From: Verrucomicrobiales bacterium
GTDB lineage: Bacteria > Verrucomicrobiota > Verrucomicrobiia > Methylacidiphilales > JAAUTS01
Direction of reading: 5' to 3'
Length of the DNA stretch: 48,547 nt
NCBI GenBank assembly: GCA_031265365.1
Contig: JAISCS010000109.1
Coordinates: 1 to 48,547 of the forward strand
Of the stretch, positions 1-7,435 are shown piece after piece. The position numbers and the translations under genes were made by a program. Under the pieces are notes generated by a model, which saw nothing but the letters and a program-made list of their open reading frames with translations, made no database searches and had not been told where the DNA came from. Within the stretch, counting starts at the first letter, position 1, and each line of letters opens with the position of its first letter.

Positions 1-121
1 CGCTGAACTACCCCGTCCGCTCTGCGGCCACCCCTTCACGGAAGGGGAATTAGCTCACGCAGGGGCATGGGCGGTGGAGGGAGGCCGGCGTCAGCGCTGC
101 CACTGCTAACAGCGAGGAACC
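1..121. repeat. Family-A palindromic repeat: right core arm plus outer module M1 (left part cut off by the window edge)
   Basis: 1-51 cgctgaactaccccgtccgct..ccaccccttcacggaaggggaatt is the same arm seen in the copies at 14677-14917, 21570-21692, 30596-30821, 32672-32916, 34583-34754 and 47724-47846. The following ..ggccggcgtcagcgctgccactgctaacagcgaggaacc is the reverse complement of the left end of the copy at 30596. Confidence 0.85.
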
Positions 122-343
122 GCATTTCATTGCGACATTGGCAGGGTACTCCGTCATCCTGAGCGCAGCCCTGCAAGGGCGCGTCACCCTGAGCGAAGTC
201 GAAGGGCGAAGGAACGGTTAAGTACTGACTAACCGGCTGGCAGCTCTATTCCGCTGACTTTGACCCAACTGCTCCTTCGACTACGCACCTGCGGCGCTTC
301 GCTCAGGATGACGAACTAGTCTGCCAATGTTATGAGGAACTGC
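121..343. repeat. Family-B inverted-repeat element (gtcatcctgagcgcagc type), copy 1
   Basis: Left arm ..gacattggcagggtactccgtcatcctgagcgcagc.. and right arm ..gcgcttcgctcaggatgacgaactagtctgccaatgttatgaggaactgc are inverted. The same architecture and motifs recur at 46634-46845. Confidence 0.75.
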
Positions 344-362
344 GGACGGTCATGATTTGCGA

Positions 363-1334
363 TTAGGCCAACTTGAAACCGCACACTCGCGCCACGGCGC
401 GCCAGCCGCCGGTGAGCAACCAGCCGATGATGAACATGCCGCCCAAGGCGATGACAAATATCATGTAACCGGCAAACAGGTGATACATGCTGGGATGTTC
501 CTCCGTGCCGATGGCGAACTCGGAGCCGAACATTTGCGCGCCGAACGCGAGGAGCACGACGCGGCACACGTTGCCGGTCATCGCCAGCGGGATTGAGCAG
601 AAGAACAGCACCCAGCGTTGCCAAGGTTTGTCGAGCAGCAAATAACCGCCCAGCGCGGCCACCATCATCAGTGCGAACAGCGAACGCAAACCACTGCACG
701 CGGCGGCGACTTCCAGCGAGAACAATTGCCCCTGCGCGATACGCAGACCGTAGGCGAACTTGGGCGCGGAGATGATTTTGACGCCTTCTTGCAGACAGTC
801 CATGCCGGCGAAATTCAGTAGGTGCGCGGAAATTTTGGCGATAATCAGGCTGAGCTGGTTGGTGTTGATGAACGGCATCGGCCACGCGAACACGAGGAAT
901 GCCCACGGGAAGAAAATGGCGCGCATGAATTGCCGGCCAAAAAACCACAGGAGCAGCGCTCCCAGCGTGATTTGCAGCGAGAGGAAGCCGAGGATGGTGA
1001 AGTCAATTTTATAACCCAGCCAGTACACCACGCCGGCGAAAACCAACGCGGCCAGACCGTCAGCGGAGCCGGATCGCACCGGCGTGGTGGCCAGTTTTTG
1101 GCGGTCCAACCAGACGAAGAACAGCGTAACCAGCGGCACAAACGCACAGTGCCGCCACTCCCCCATTTCCGCGCCGAACCACATCAACCGCAGGTTCCTG
1201 AACACGGTGACCGGCTCCAGCCCGTAGCCCATGTTGTACGGGAACATGTTGTACAAGCCGGTGACGACCAGCGCACTGACGATGACCGCGATGATGACCG
1301 TGTTTCGATTCAGGGTTGGCGGATTGGTTTCCAT
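363..1334 (-). CDS. Exosortase (EpsH/Xrt family) polytopic membrane transpeptidase
   Basis: Multi-TM protein with the exosortase-type Cys region EVAAACSGLRSLFALMMVA and a downstream NVCRVVLL segment. Start set at ATG 1334 (METNPPTLNRN..), 1 nt after the stop of the upstream gene. The longer track ORF (to 1481) would overlap that gene. Confidence 0.85.
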   Translation of the reverse strand: METNPPTLNRNTVIIAVIVSALVVTGLYNMFPYNMGYGLEPVTVFRNLRLMWFGAEMGEWRHCAFVPLVTLFFVWLDRQKLATTPVRSGSADGLAALVFAGVVYWLGYKIDFTILGFLSLQITLGALLLWFFGRQFMRAIFFPWAFLVFAWPMPFINTNQLSLIIAKISAHLLNFAGMDCLQEGVKIISAPKFAYGLRIAQGQLFSLEVAAACSGLRSLFALMMVAALGGYLLLDKPWQRWVLFFCSIPLAMTGNVCRVVLLAFGAQMFGSEFAIGTEEHPSMYHLFAGYMIFVIALGGMFIIGWLLTGGWRAVARVCGFKLA

Positions 1335-1335
1335 G

Positions 1336-2340
1336 TTAGTAACGGTTGACGGTGGAGACACGGCCTTCCTTGCGCGCGGTGGTGAGTTCATCGTGAATCC
1401 AGCGGTAGGTTTTTCCCATGCCGTCGCGGAGTTTGATGTTTGGCTCCCAGTTGAAAATTTGCTTGATGAGGGTGTTGTCACTGTTGCGACCGTTCACGCC
1501 TTTCGGGGCGTTGAGGTTGTAGTTGCGCTTCAGCTTGACCCCGGCGATGTCCTCGACGATGTCAACCAGTTGGTTGATGGAGACGAGTTCGTTGCTGCCG
1601 ATGTTCAGCGGCTCGGCGAAGTCGCTGTTCATGAGCATTTGCGTGCCCTTGACGCAATCGTCAATGTACATGAAGCTGCGCGTCTGCTCGCCGCTGCCCC
1701 AGATTTCGATTTCGTGCCGGCCGGTTTGGAGGCATTCGATGACCTTGCGGCAAATGGCGGCGGGGGCTTTTTCGCGACCGCCGTCGTAGGTGCCGTGCGG
1801 GCCATAAACATTGTGATAACGGGAGACGCGGGTGATGATGCCGAAGTCCTCGCGGAAGTGCCGGCACATGCGCTCGCTGAAAAGTTTTTCCCAACCATAA
1901 CCGTCCTCCGGCAGCGCGGGGTAGGCGTCCTCTTCTTTCAACGCGGTCACATGAATGTCCCGCTGCTTGTCACCGTTATACACGCATGCTGACGATGAAT
2001 AGTAGAAACGCGGCACACCGTTCAACTTCGCGGCCATGAGCAAGTGCGTGTTGATGAGCACACTCAACATGCACAGCGCCTTGTTGTTCTCGATGAAGCC
2101 CATGCCGCCCATGTCCGCGGCGAGGTTGTAAATTTCGTCGTAGCCGCCCTTGGTCGCCTCCTCGCAAGCCTCTTTCAAGCTCAGGTCGAGCGTTTTGGAA
2201 TCAGCGTCAGCGTGCAGTTGGTACCAATGACCAAGCGGCTTTTTGTCCACCGCGCCGACTTGGTGCCCTTGTTTCAATAAATCGCCGACCAAGTGACCGC
2301 CGATGAAACCACCGGCCCCGCATACCAAGATTTTTTTCAT
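1336..2340 (-). CDS. NAD-dependent epimerase, GDP-mannose 3,5-epimerase (GME)-like
   Basis: N-terminal Rossmann motif VCGAGGFIGGHL. Long colinear similarity, as I recall it, to plant/bacterial GME: NLAADMGGMGFI, YSSSACVY, GGREKAPAAICRK, TRSFMYIDDCV, GVNGRNSDNTLI. Confidence 0.8.
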   Translation of the reverse strand: MKKILVCGAGGFIGGHLVGDLLKQGHQVGAVDKKPLGHWYQLHADADSKTLDLSLKEACEEATKGGYDEIYNLAADMGGMGFIENNKALCMLSVLINTHLLMAAKLNGVPRFYYSSSACVYNGDKQRDIHVTALKEEDAYPALPEDGYGWEKLFSERMCRHFREDFGIITRVSRYHNVYGPHGTYDGGREKAPAAICRKVIECLQTGRHEIEIWGSGEQTRSFMYIDDCVKGTQMLMNSDFAEPLNIGSNELVSINQLVDIVEDIAGVKLKRNYNLNAPKGVNGRNSDNTLIKQIFNWEPNIKLRDGMGKTYRWIHDELTTARKEGRVSTVNRY

Positions 2341-2354
2341 AATAATTTTATCTG

Positions 2355-3128
2355 TTACGCCGGATACTTTTTCAGTCCCAGCAATTGTCCGGTAATCCTA
2401 TACAAAAATCGCGGGTTGTTAAGCAAATAACGTTTCCATAATCGCCGCGGTTCGGAGCACAGCCGGTGGAGCCATTCCAAGCCGTGGCGTTGCATCCAGC
2501 GCGGCGCTTGCGAAACCTTGCCGGAATGAAAATCAAACGCCGCGCCGACGCCGAACATCAGCGTGGTGTCCAGCCGTGGCAAAAATTCCGCCATGAAGCG
2601 TTCCTGCTTCGGCGTGCTGAGGCCGACCCAGATGATGTCGGGCTTTAAGCCGCTGACGGTCACGACGAGTTCATCCGCCTCGGCGACCGTCAGCGGACGG
2701 AATGGCGGGCAGTACGTGCCGACGATGTTGCTGTCAGGAAACTTTTGCAACAAACACGCCTTGAGTTGTTCCGCGACACCGTCAACGCCGCCGTAAAAAA
2801 AGTGCGTGACCGGCTCATGCTCGGCGGCGGCGAACACCGCCAGCATCAAGTCCGGTCCGTAAACGCGGCTGATGTCACGGTCAGCGCGGTAATGCCGCGC
2901 CAGCCAGACCAGCGGCATCCCGTCGGTGGTGTTGAGAAACGCGCCATTGAGGATGCGGAGAAATTCCGGGTCATCCTGCGCCTCGATAATGCCATGCACG
3001 CCCGTGACGCACACGTAGCCCTTGCGCCGCCGCCGTACAGCGTCCAGCACCGCGTCAGTGGCAGCGGTCAAATTCATGGCGCTGACCGTGACTCCCAGAA
3101 CGTTGAAATTGGCTATTGGCGCGGTCAT
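2355..3128 (-). CDS. WecB/TagA/CpsF family glycosyltransferase
   Basis: Family-typical N-terminus FNVLGVTVSAMNLTAATDAVL..GYVCVTGVHGIIEAQDDPEF..LNTTDGMPLVW and GLSTPKQERF. Start moved to ATG 3128 (MTAPIANFN) because the track ORF N-terminus (to 3233) is read through the tRNA-Ala gene. Confidence 0.85.
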   Translation of the reverse strand: MTAPIANFNVLGVTVSAMNLTAATDAVLDAVRRRRKGYVCVTGVHGIIEAQDDPEFLRILNGAFLNTTDGMPLVWLARHYRADRDISRVYGPDLMLAVFAAAEHEPVTHFFYGGVDGVAEQLKACLLQKFPDSNIVGTYCPPFRPLTVAEADELVVTVSGLKPDIIWVGLSTPKQERFMAEFLPRLDTTLMFGVGAAFDFHSGKVSQAPRWMQRHGLEWLHRLCSEPRRLWKRYLLNNPRFLYRITGQLLGLKKYPA

Positions 3129-3145
3129 GTTGATGGTTTCGGCTG

Positions 3146-3218
3146 TGGAGGTTAGGGGAGTCGAACCCCTGACCTTCTCATTGCGAACGAGACGCTCTAC
3201 CAACTGAGCTAAACCCCC
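3146..3218 (-). tRNA. tRNA-Ala (anticodon CGC)
   Basis: Minus strand GGGGGTT-TA-GCTC-AGTTGGT-AGAGC-G-TCTCG-TTCGCAA-TGAGA-AGGTC-AGGGG-TTCGACT-CCCCT-AACCTCC-A. Clean cloverleaf with the G3:U70 alanine identity pair. CCA is not encoded. Confidence 0.95.
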
Positions 3219-3290
3219 TCCGATTGGCCTCACCGTCAGCGGGTGAAGCGCGGAGTGAATTATGCGGAGAAAACGGGGTTCGGCAAGCCT

Positions 3291-3575
3291 TTAATTCGCG
3301 GATTTTTTCCGCACGGCGTTTTTCTTGGCTTCCAGTTCCTCGGTCAACGCGGCGAGGTCGCGGCGGAGTTGGGCGCGGAATTGGTCAGCGTCAGCAGCGT
3401 CGCCCCTGGCCTCGGCTTCCTTGATTTTGCCGGCGAGGAAAGTTTTGCGCTCGGCGATTTTGGCCTCGTAGCGCGCGCCAAGGTCAGCGAGTTCTTGTTT
3501 CTGCGCGATGGTCAATTTAACGAAGGGTTCACGGTCAGCGAGGCGTTCCATAGCGAGTTCGTAAGCGGATTTCAC
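3291..3575 (-). CDS. Small conserved-looking hypothetical protein (charged, coiled-coil-like)
   Basis: ORF ..KSAYELAMERLADREPFVKLTIAQKQELADLGARYEAKIAERK.. with normal GC3-rich codon usage. The start is uncertain: GTG 3575, ATG 3551 or TTG 3593. Confidence 0.6.
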   Translation of the reverse strand: MKSAYELAMERLADREPFVKLTIAQKQELADLGARYEAKIAERKTFLAGKIKEAEARGDAADADQFRAQLRRDLAALTEELEAKKNAVRKKSAN

Positions 3576-3585
3576 GCGGATATTT

Positions 3586-3668
3586 AACCACAAATGAACG
3601 CGAATAGATACGAATTTTTTAGCAACAGGCGATAGTCCTTCGTGTCAATTTGCGTGCATTCGTGGTTC
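3586..3668. repeat. Imperfect hairpin repeat (aaccacRaatgMacgcRaat arms)
   Basis: aaccacaaatgaacgcgaat (3586-) pairs with atttgcgtgcattcgtggtt (-3668). It lies at the boundary between high-GC DNA and the low-GC island. Confidence 0.6.
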
Positions 3669-3778
3669 CTAATCATCGCGCAGGGTTTCTCACGTCACAT
3701 TCAGTGCGCTGAGACCAAAAAATATTGAAATGGTATGATTTGCTTGGATTTAGCTGGATGTACTTGTAAATGGCAGGG

Positions 3779-4392
3779 TTAGAACGAGGGTGGAGTGAGG
3801 GGCATTTCAATCTTTTTGTTGGCGCGGAGGCAGTGTGTCAAAAATATTGAAATGGGTTGTACTAATATTGGTGAAAAGAGTCTATATGGTATGTCCGCTA
3901 TCAGTTGGAAAGAAGCACGATTGGCGGCGGATACTTGGTCGACGCTGGGCATTAACTTTTTTAGTTTTGGCAATCGGCCGACAAACTGGTCGGAGCGCAA
4001 ACATCCCCGCGCATCCTGCACCGACATCGTGCACGCCACTTTCTTCCACGGTTCAGCGCCATCGGCGGCATTTTTGTCATACTTCAAAAATAGGTTAGGG
4101 CATGTTCTTCCAAAAACGTACGGAACCGGTCAGCATCCAGCGGCTCTATCAAGCCGACATCCTCGCTGACAGTGACCGCCATCGCCTCGCGCCGAAACAC
4201 ATTCGCCGCCGCACAAATTCCGCCCGCCCCACGCGCTAAGTCAGACAATCGTCGCCCAGCACGCATCAACTCAATCGTTGGCAACGCTCGCTCATCTTTC
4301 ACCTCACCGTCAGCGACCGACGGCTCCGGCGGCGGAACCGCAACCCCACGTTCACGCAAAACTTTGTTTACCGCATCAGACTGTTCGCTCAT
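3779..4392 (-). pseudogene. Two overlapping ORF fragments, probably one frameshifted gene of a degraded mobile element
   Basis: ORF 4084-4392 ends ..FRTFLEEHALTYF* and ORF 3779-4087 continues in another frame (..KYDKNAADGAEPWKKVAC..). They overlap at TTTTTGA. GC is lower than the surroundings, and they sit next to a tRNA fragment. No family is recognised with confidence. Confidence 0.4.
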
Positions 4393-4518
4393 AACAGCAC
4401 ACTCCTTAAGTTAAAACTCGCGTTACTCATCCATCAAAAAAAGCAAAGATGTAACGAAAAAGTGAACGAAAAATATTAACCAACTGGAAATTAGAGTCTT
4501 ACAGATGTAATTGCGATT

Positions 4519-4556
4519 AGTGTGAAGCAGACGCTCTACCGCTAAACTAAGGCTCC
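4519..4556 (-). pseudogene. Truncated tRNA-Val(CAC)-like 5' half
   Basis: Minus strand GGAGCCT-TA-GTTT-AGCGGTA-GAGC-G-TCTGC-TTCACAC, then TAATC instead of the expected GCAGA. The acceptor 5' strand, D-arm and anticodon stem 5' strand plus loop are present. There is no 3' half. Confidence 0.6.
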
Positions 4557-4821
4557 GATTTTTATTCCGAAATAAGAGTTATGTATTTACTAATTCAGCG
4601 TTCAAGTCAATAAAAATTTGAATTTATCATGATATTTTTACATAAATTAAAATTATTGATTTATATTTTGATGGCGCTAAATCAACTCATACATATATTT
4701 TTCAGTTTGTAACAGAATAAAGATGAATTGGTTATAAAAATTTACTCCCCCAATGGATATTTTCATGTTGCGAAAAGAATTTTCTATGATTTATTACCAA
4801 GGTTTTAATTAGTTAAACTCA

Positions 4822-4944
4822 ATGAAGGAAATAAATATAAAAATTCTATATAAATTGTTGCTTATCGTAATGATGATTTTGTTGTCCAATACTGTGAGTT
4901 GGGTGCAAACTTATCAAGTCAATAGCTTCTGCCACCAATTTTAA
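4822..4944 (+). CDS. Possible 40-aa hydrophobic peptide
   Basis: MKEINIKILYKLLLIVMMILLSNTVSWVQTYQVNSFCHQF. This is an open frame inside ~30% GC DNA, where stops are frequent, and it ends 16 nt before the RHH gene. No homology is claimed. Confidence 0.25.
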   Translation: MKEINIKILYKLLLIVMMILLSNTVSWVQTYQVNSFCHQF

Positions 4945-4960
4945 CATCGGAGACATAAAT

Positions 4961-5167
4961 ATGAAAAAAAGCACTAATACTAAAATCCTGCCTATCCGGC
5001 TGGAAGGCGAGTTGCTTACCCAACTCGAGGAATATCAAACCCAAACCGGCTTGAGCCGCAGCTACATCATTCGTCGCTGCACCGCTTACGCCCTAGGCAA
5101 AGCCCGCCGGCGTGAAATCAATCTCCTGACGATGGAAGATTGCCCGCAAGGCCCCGGCCAGAAGTGA
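4961..5167 (+). CDS. Ribbon-helix-helix (CopG/Arc/MetJ-like) DNA-binding protein
   Basis: ILPIRLEGELLTQLEEYQTQTGLSRSYIIRRC fits the beta-strand/helix/helix RHH pattern. It is a 68-aa ORF with an ATG start. Confidence 0.65.
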   Translation: MKKSTNTKILPIRLEGELLTQLEEYQTQTGLSRSYIIRRCTAYALGKARRREINLLTMEDCPQGPGQK

Positions 5168-5248
5168 GTGTTCGACCGGTCAACGCCATAATCCGCGAAA
5201 AAAATCCTTCGCGGCGTGGTGTCTTTGTGGTCGGAGTTTGGCATTTTC

Positions 5249-5818
5249 TCACTTGCGGTGGCGCAGGACTGCGTGCAACGCGGTACCGGTCAACAACAGC
5301 GCCCACGCGGACGGTTCGGGGATGGCGAGGTAAATTTTCCCGCTGAAACTGAAATCCAAAATGGCGTCGCTAATGCCGCTGAAGGTGAGCGTTTGGCCAA
5401 GTAACTCGCCCGTGTATGCGGCGAGCAAATAGGTGCCGCCGGACAAATTCAAATTAATGTTGCTGACGTTGAGGGTGCCACCGGTGACAGCGTGCCGGTC
5501 GGCGTCAGCACCTCGCTGGCACTGACGGTGGACGCTGCCAGAATTTCGCCCGTGTCAGCGATGGTGCCGCTGATGGTGACCGAGGCGGCTTTAAGTTGCG
5601 CGTCGTTCGTCAGCACCGTCAACGAACCAGCGGCGGCGGTGTAATTGTTGTCGCCGAGGTCGAAGGACACTTTTGCCACGGTTTTGTTCGCGCCGGTGAT
5701 GAGGATGGTGCCGTTGTTCGTCCAGTCCATGCTCACGGCCAGCGTCGCGTAATGTTGCGCGTCGTCGGTCGCGTCCACGTCGAGGCTGACGCTGATAGCG
5801 CCAAATATTGCCGTTGGC
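5249..5818 (-). pseudogene. PEP-CTERM protein remnant (N-terminally truncated and frameshifted)
   Basis: The C-terminus ..AIPEPSAWALLLTGTALHAVLRHRK is a PEP motif plus TM plus basic tail. The body (5449-5778, ..TILITGANKTVAKVSFDLGDNNYTAAAGSLTVLTND..) lies in a different frame. That upstream frame hits a TGA near 5820 and has no signal peptide. Confidence 0.7.
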
Positions 5819-5940
5819 CACGGTCAACGTCGCTGACAGCCTAACGCGAGCGTTAGCGAGCGATTATTGGAGAGCCACAGAGTTTTTGGTTAAAATAAAA
5901 TCCACGCCCTCCGCATCTCCGCAGTGAAAAATATTTTCGT

Positions 5941-6909
5941 TTATTCCCGCGCTAGATATGTTTTCACGTAATCGGCGACGCCTTCCTCGACGTTGGCGAA
6001 GGGGGCGGTGTAGCCGCCCACGGTTTTTAGCTTTTGCGCGTCAGCCTGGGTGAAGTATTGGTACTTGCCCTTGAGCGGCGCCGGCATTTCGATGAAACGA
6101 ATGTCAGGTTTTTGGCCCAGCGCGGCGAACAGGGCGCGCGCGAGGTCGAGCCAGGTACGCGCCTGGCCGGCGCCGCAGTTGAACAGGCCGCCGGCTTTGC
6201 TGTCGAGCGCGAAGTGCAGCGTTACTTTCGCCGCGTCGCGCACGTACACGAAGTCGCGCTTTTGCTCACCATCAGCGTACTCAGGGCGGTCGGATTTGAA
6301 CAATTCGATGTAGCCCTTGGCCTTGATTTGGTGGTACGCCTTGTGCACCAGCGAGCGCATGTCGCCTTTGTGGTCTTCGTAGGGGCCGTACACGTTGAAA
6401 TATTTCAGGCCGACGATTTGGTCGAGGAACCCGTTACGCAGCGCCCACAGGTCGAACATGTGTTTGGAATAACCGTACATGTTCAGCGGGCGCAGACGTC
6501 CCGTCACACTGTCAGCGTCGCTGTAGCCGAGGCTGCCGTCACCGTAGGTCGCGGCGCTGGAGGCATAGACGAAGCGCGTGTCGTTCCGCAACGCCCATTC
6601 GCACAGGCGTCGCGTGTAGCGGTAATTGTTTTCCAGCAAATAATCGGCGTTTTTCTCCGTGGTCGCGCTGCACGCGCCCTCGTGGATGATGGCGCGGATG
6701 TTGCCGAGTTTGTCGCCGAGGATGAGGTCGAGGAATTGTGGCGGCGGCAAAACATCCTCGTAGCGCAGGCCGACGAGGTTCCGCCATTTTTCATCATGGC
6801 CGAGGAAATCCACCAACAGCAGGTTGTCCAGTCCGCGTTCGTTAAGCATGGCGACGATGTTCCGGCCGATGAAGCCGGCGGCGCCGGTGATGATGATTAG
6901 GTCTTTCAT
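5941..6909 (-). CDS. hldD: ADP-L-glycero-D-manno-heptose 6-epimerase
   Basis: MKDLIIITGAAGFIGRNIVAMLNERG..LLVDFL.., YASSAATYG, YGYSK. The length (322 aa) and motifs are typical of HldD/RfaD. Confidence 0.9.
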   Translation of the reverse strand: MKDLIIITGAAGFIGRNIVAMLNERGLDNLLLVDFLGHDEKWRNLVGLRYEDVLPPPQFLDLILGDKLGNIRAIIHEGACSATTEKNADYLLENNYRYTRRLCEWALRNDTRFVYASSAATYGDGSLGYSDADSVTGRLRPLNMYGYSKHMFDLWALRNGFLDQIVGLKYFNVYGPYEDHKGDMRSLVHKAYHQIKAKGYIELFKSDRPEYADGEQKRDFVYVRDAAKVTLHFALDSKAGGLFNCGAGQARTWLDLARALFAALGQKPDIRFIEMPAPLKGKYQYFTQADAQKLKTVGGYTAPFANVEEGVADYVKTYLARE

Positions 6910-7403
6910 TTGTTTTCTCCTCCGTAAACTTGCAACACTTTCTCAATCGTGCCCGTGGTGGAGCGGCCCTCGACCATGTCGGCGAGGGCGACGCGGCCGC
7001 CGTGGGCCTCGACGACATCGCGCCCGCTGACGTAGTGCGCCCAGTCTTTGCCCTTGACCAGCACTTGCGGCAGGATTTGGGCAATCAAGTCGCGCGGCTC
7101 GTCCTCGTCGAAAATAACAACGGCGTCAACGGCGGCGAGCGAAGCCATGACGTAAGCGCGGTCTTCCTCGCTGTTGATGGGGCGGTTCGGGCCTTTGTTG
7201 CGCTTGACGGAGGCGTCGCTGTTGAGGCCGACGCACAGCGCGTCGCCCTCGTTGCGGGCGAAGGTCAGGTAGGTGACGTGCCCGCGGTGGAGGATGTCGA
7301 AGCAGCCGTTGGTGAACACGAGTTCCTTGCCTTCGGCGCGAAGTTGGTCACGGAAGGCGCGGGCTTGTTCGGCGGTCATGATTTTGTCGGATGGGTTGAG
7401 CAT
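6906..7403 (-). CDS. hldC: D-glycero-beta-D-manno-heptose 1-phosphate adenylyltransferase (RfaE domain II type cytidylyltransferase)
   Basis: VFTNGCFDILHRGHVTYL..GLNSDASVKRNKGPNRPI. Start set at ATG 7403 (MLNPSDK); the track ORF N-terminus overlaps the upstream gene. There is a 4-nt overlap with hldD. Confidence 0.9.
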   Translation of the reverse strand: MLNPSDKIMTAEQARAFRDQLRAEGKELVFTNGCFDILHRGHVTYLTFARNEGDALCVGLNSDASVKRNKGPNRPINSEEDRAYVMASLAAVDAVVIFDEDEPRDLIAQILPQVLVKGKDWAHYVSGRDVVEAHGGRVALADMVEGRSTTGTIEKVLQVYGGENK

Positions 7404-7435
7404 AGTTTTGTCTTTCTGGGTTGCATGGTTAAAGG

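Noticed and set aside
2355-3233. Long form of the glycosyltransferase ORF (292 aa)
   Set aside because: Its first 35 codons are the reverse-strand reading of tRNA-Ala (..GLAQLVERLVRNEKVRGSTPL..). The internal ATG at 3128 gives a normal family N-terminus.
3795-4169. Plus-strand ORFs 3795-4169 and 3835-4098 in the low-GC island
   Set aside because: They overlap each other and the minus-strand fragments, have no recognisable motifs and have poor start context. Nothing shows they are coding.
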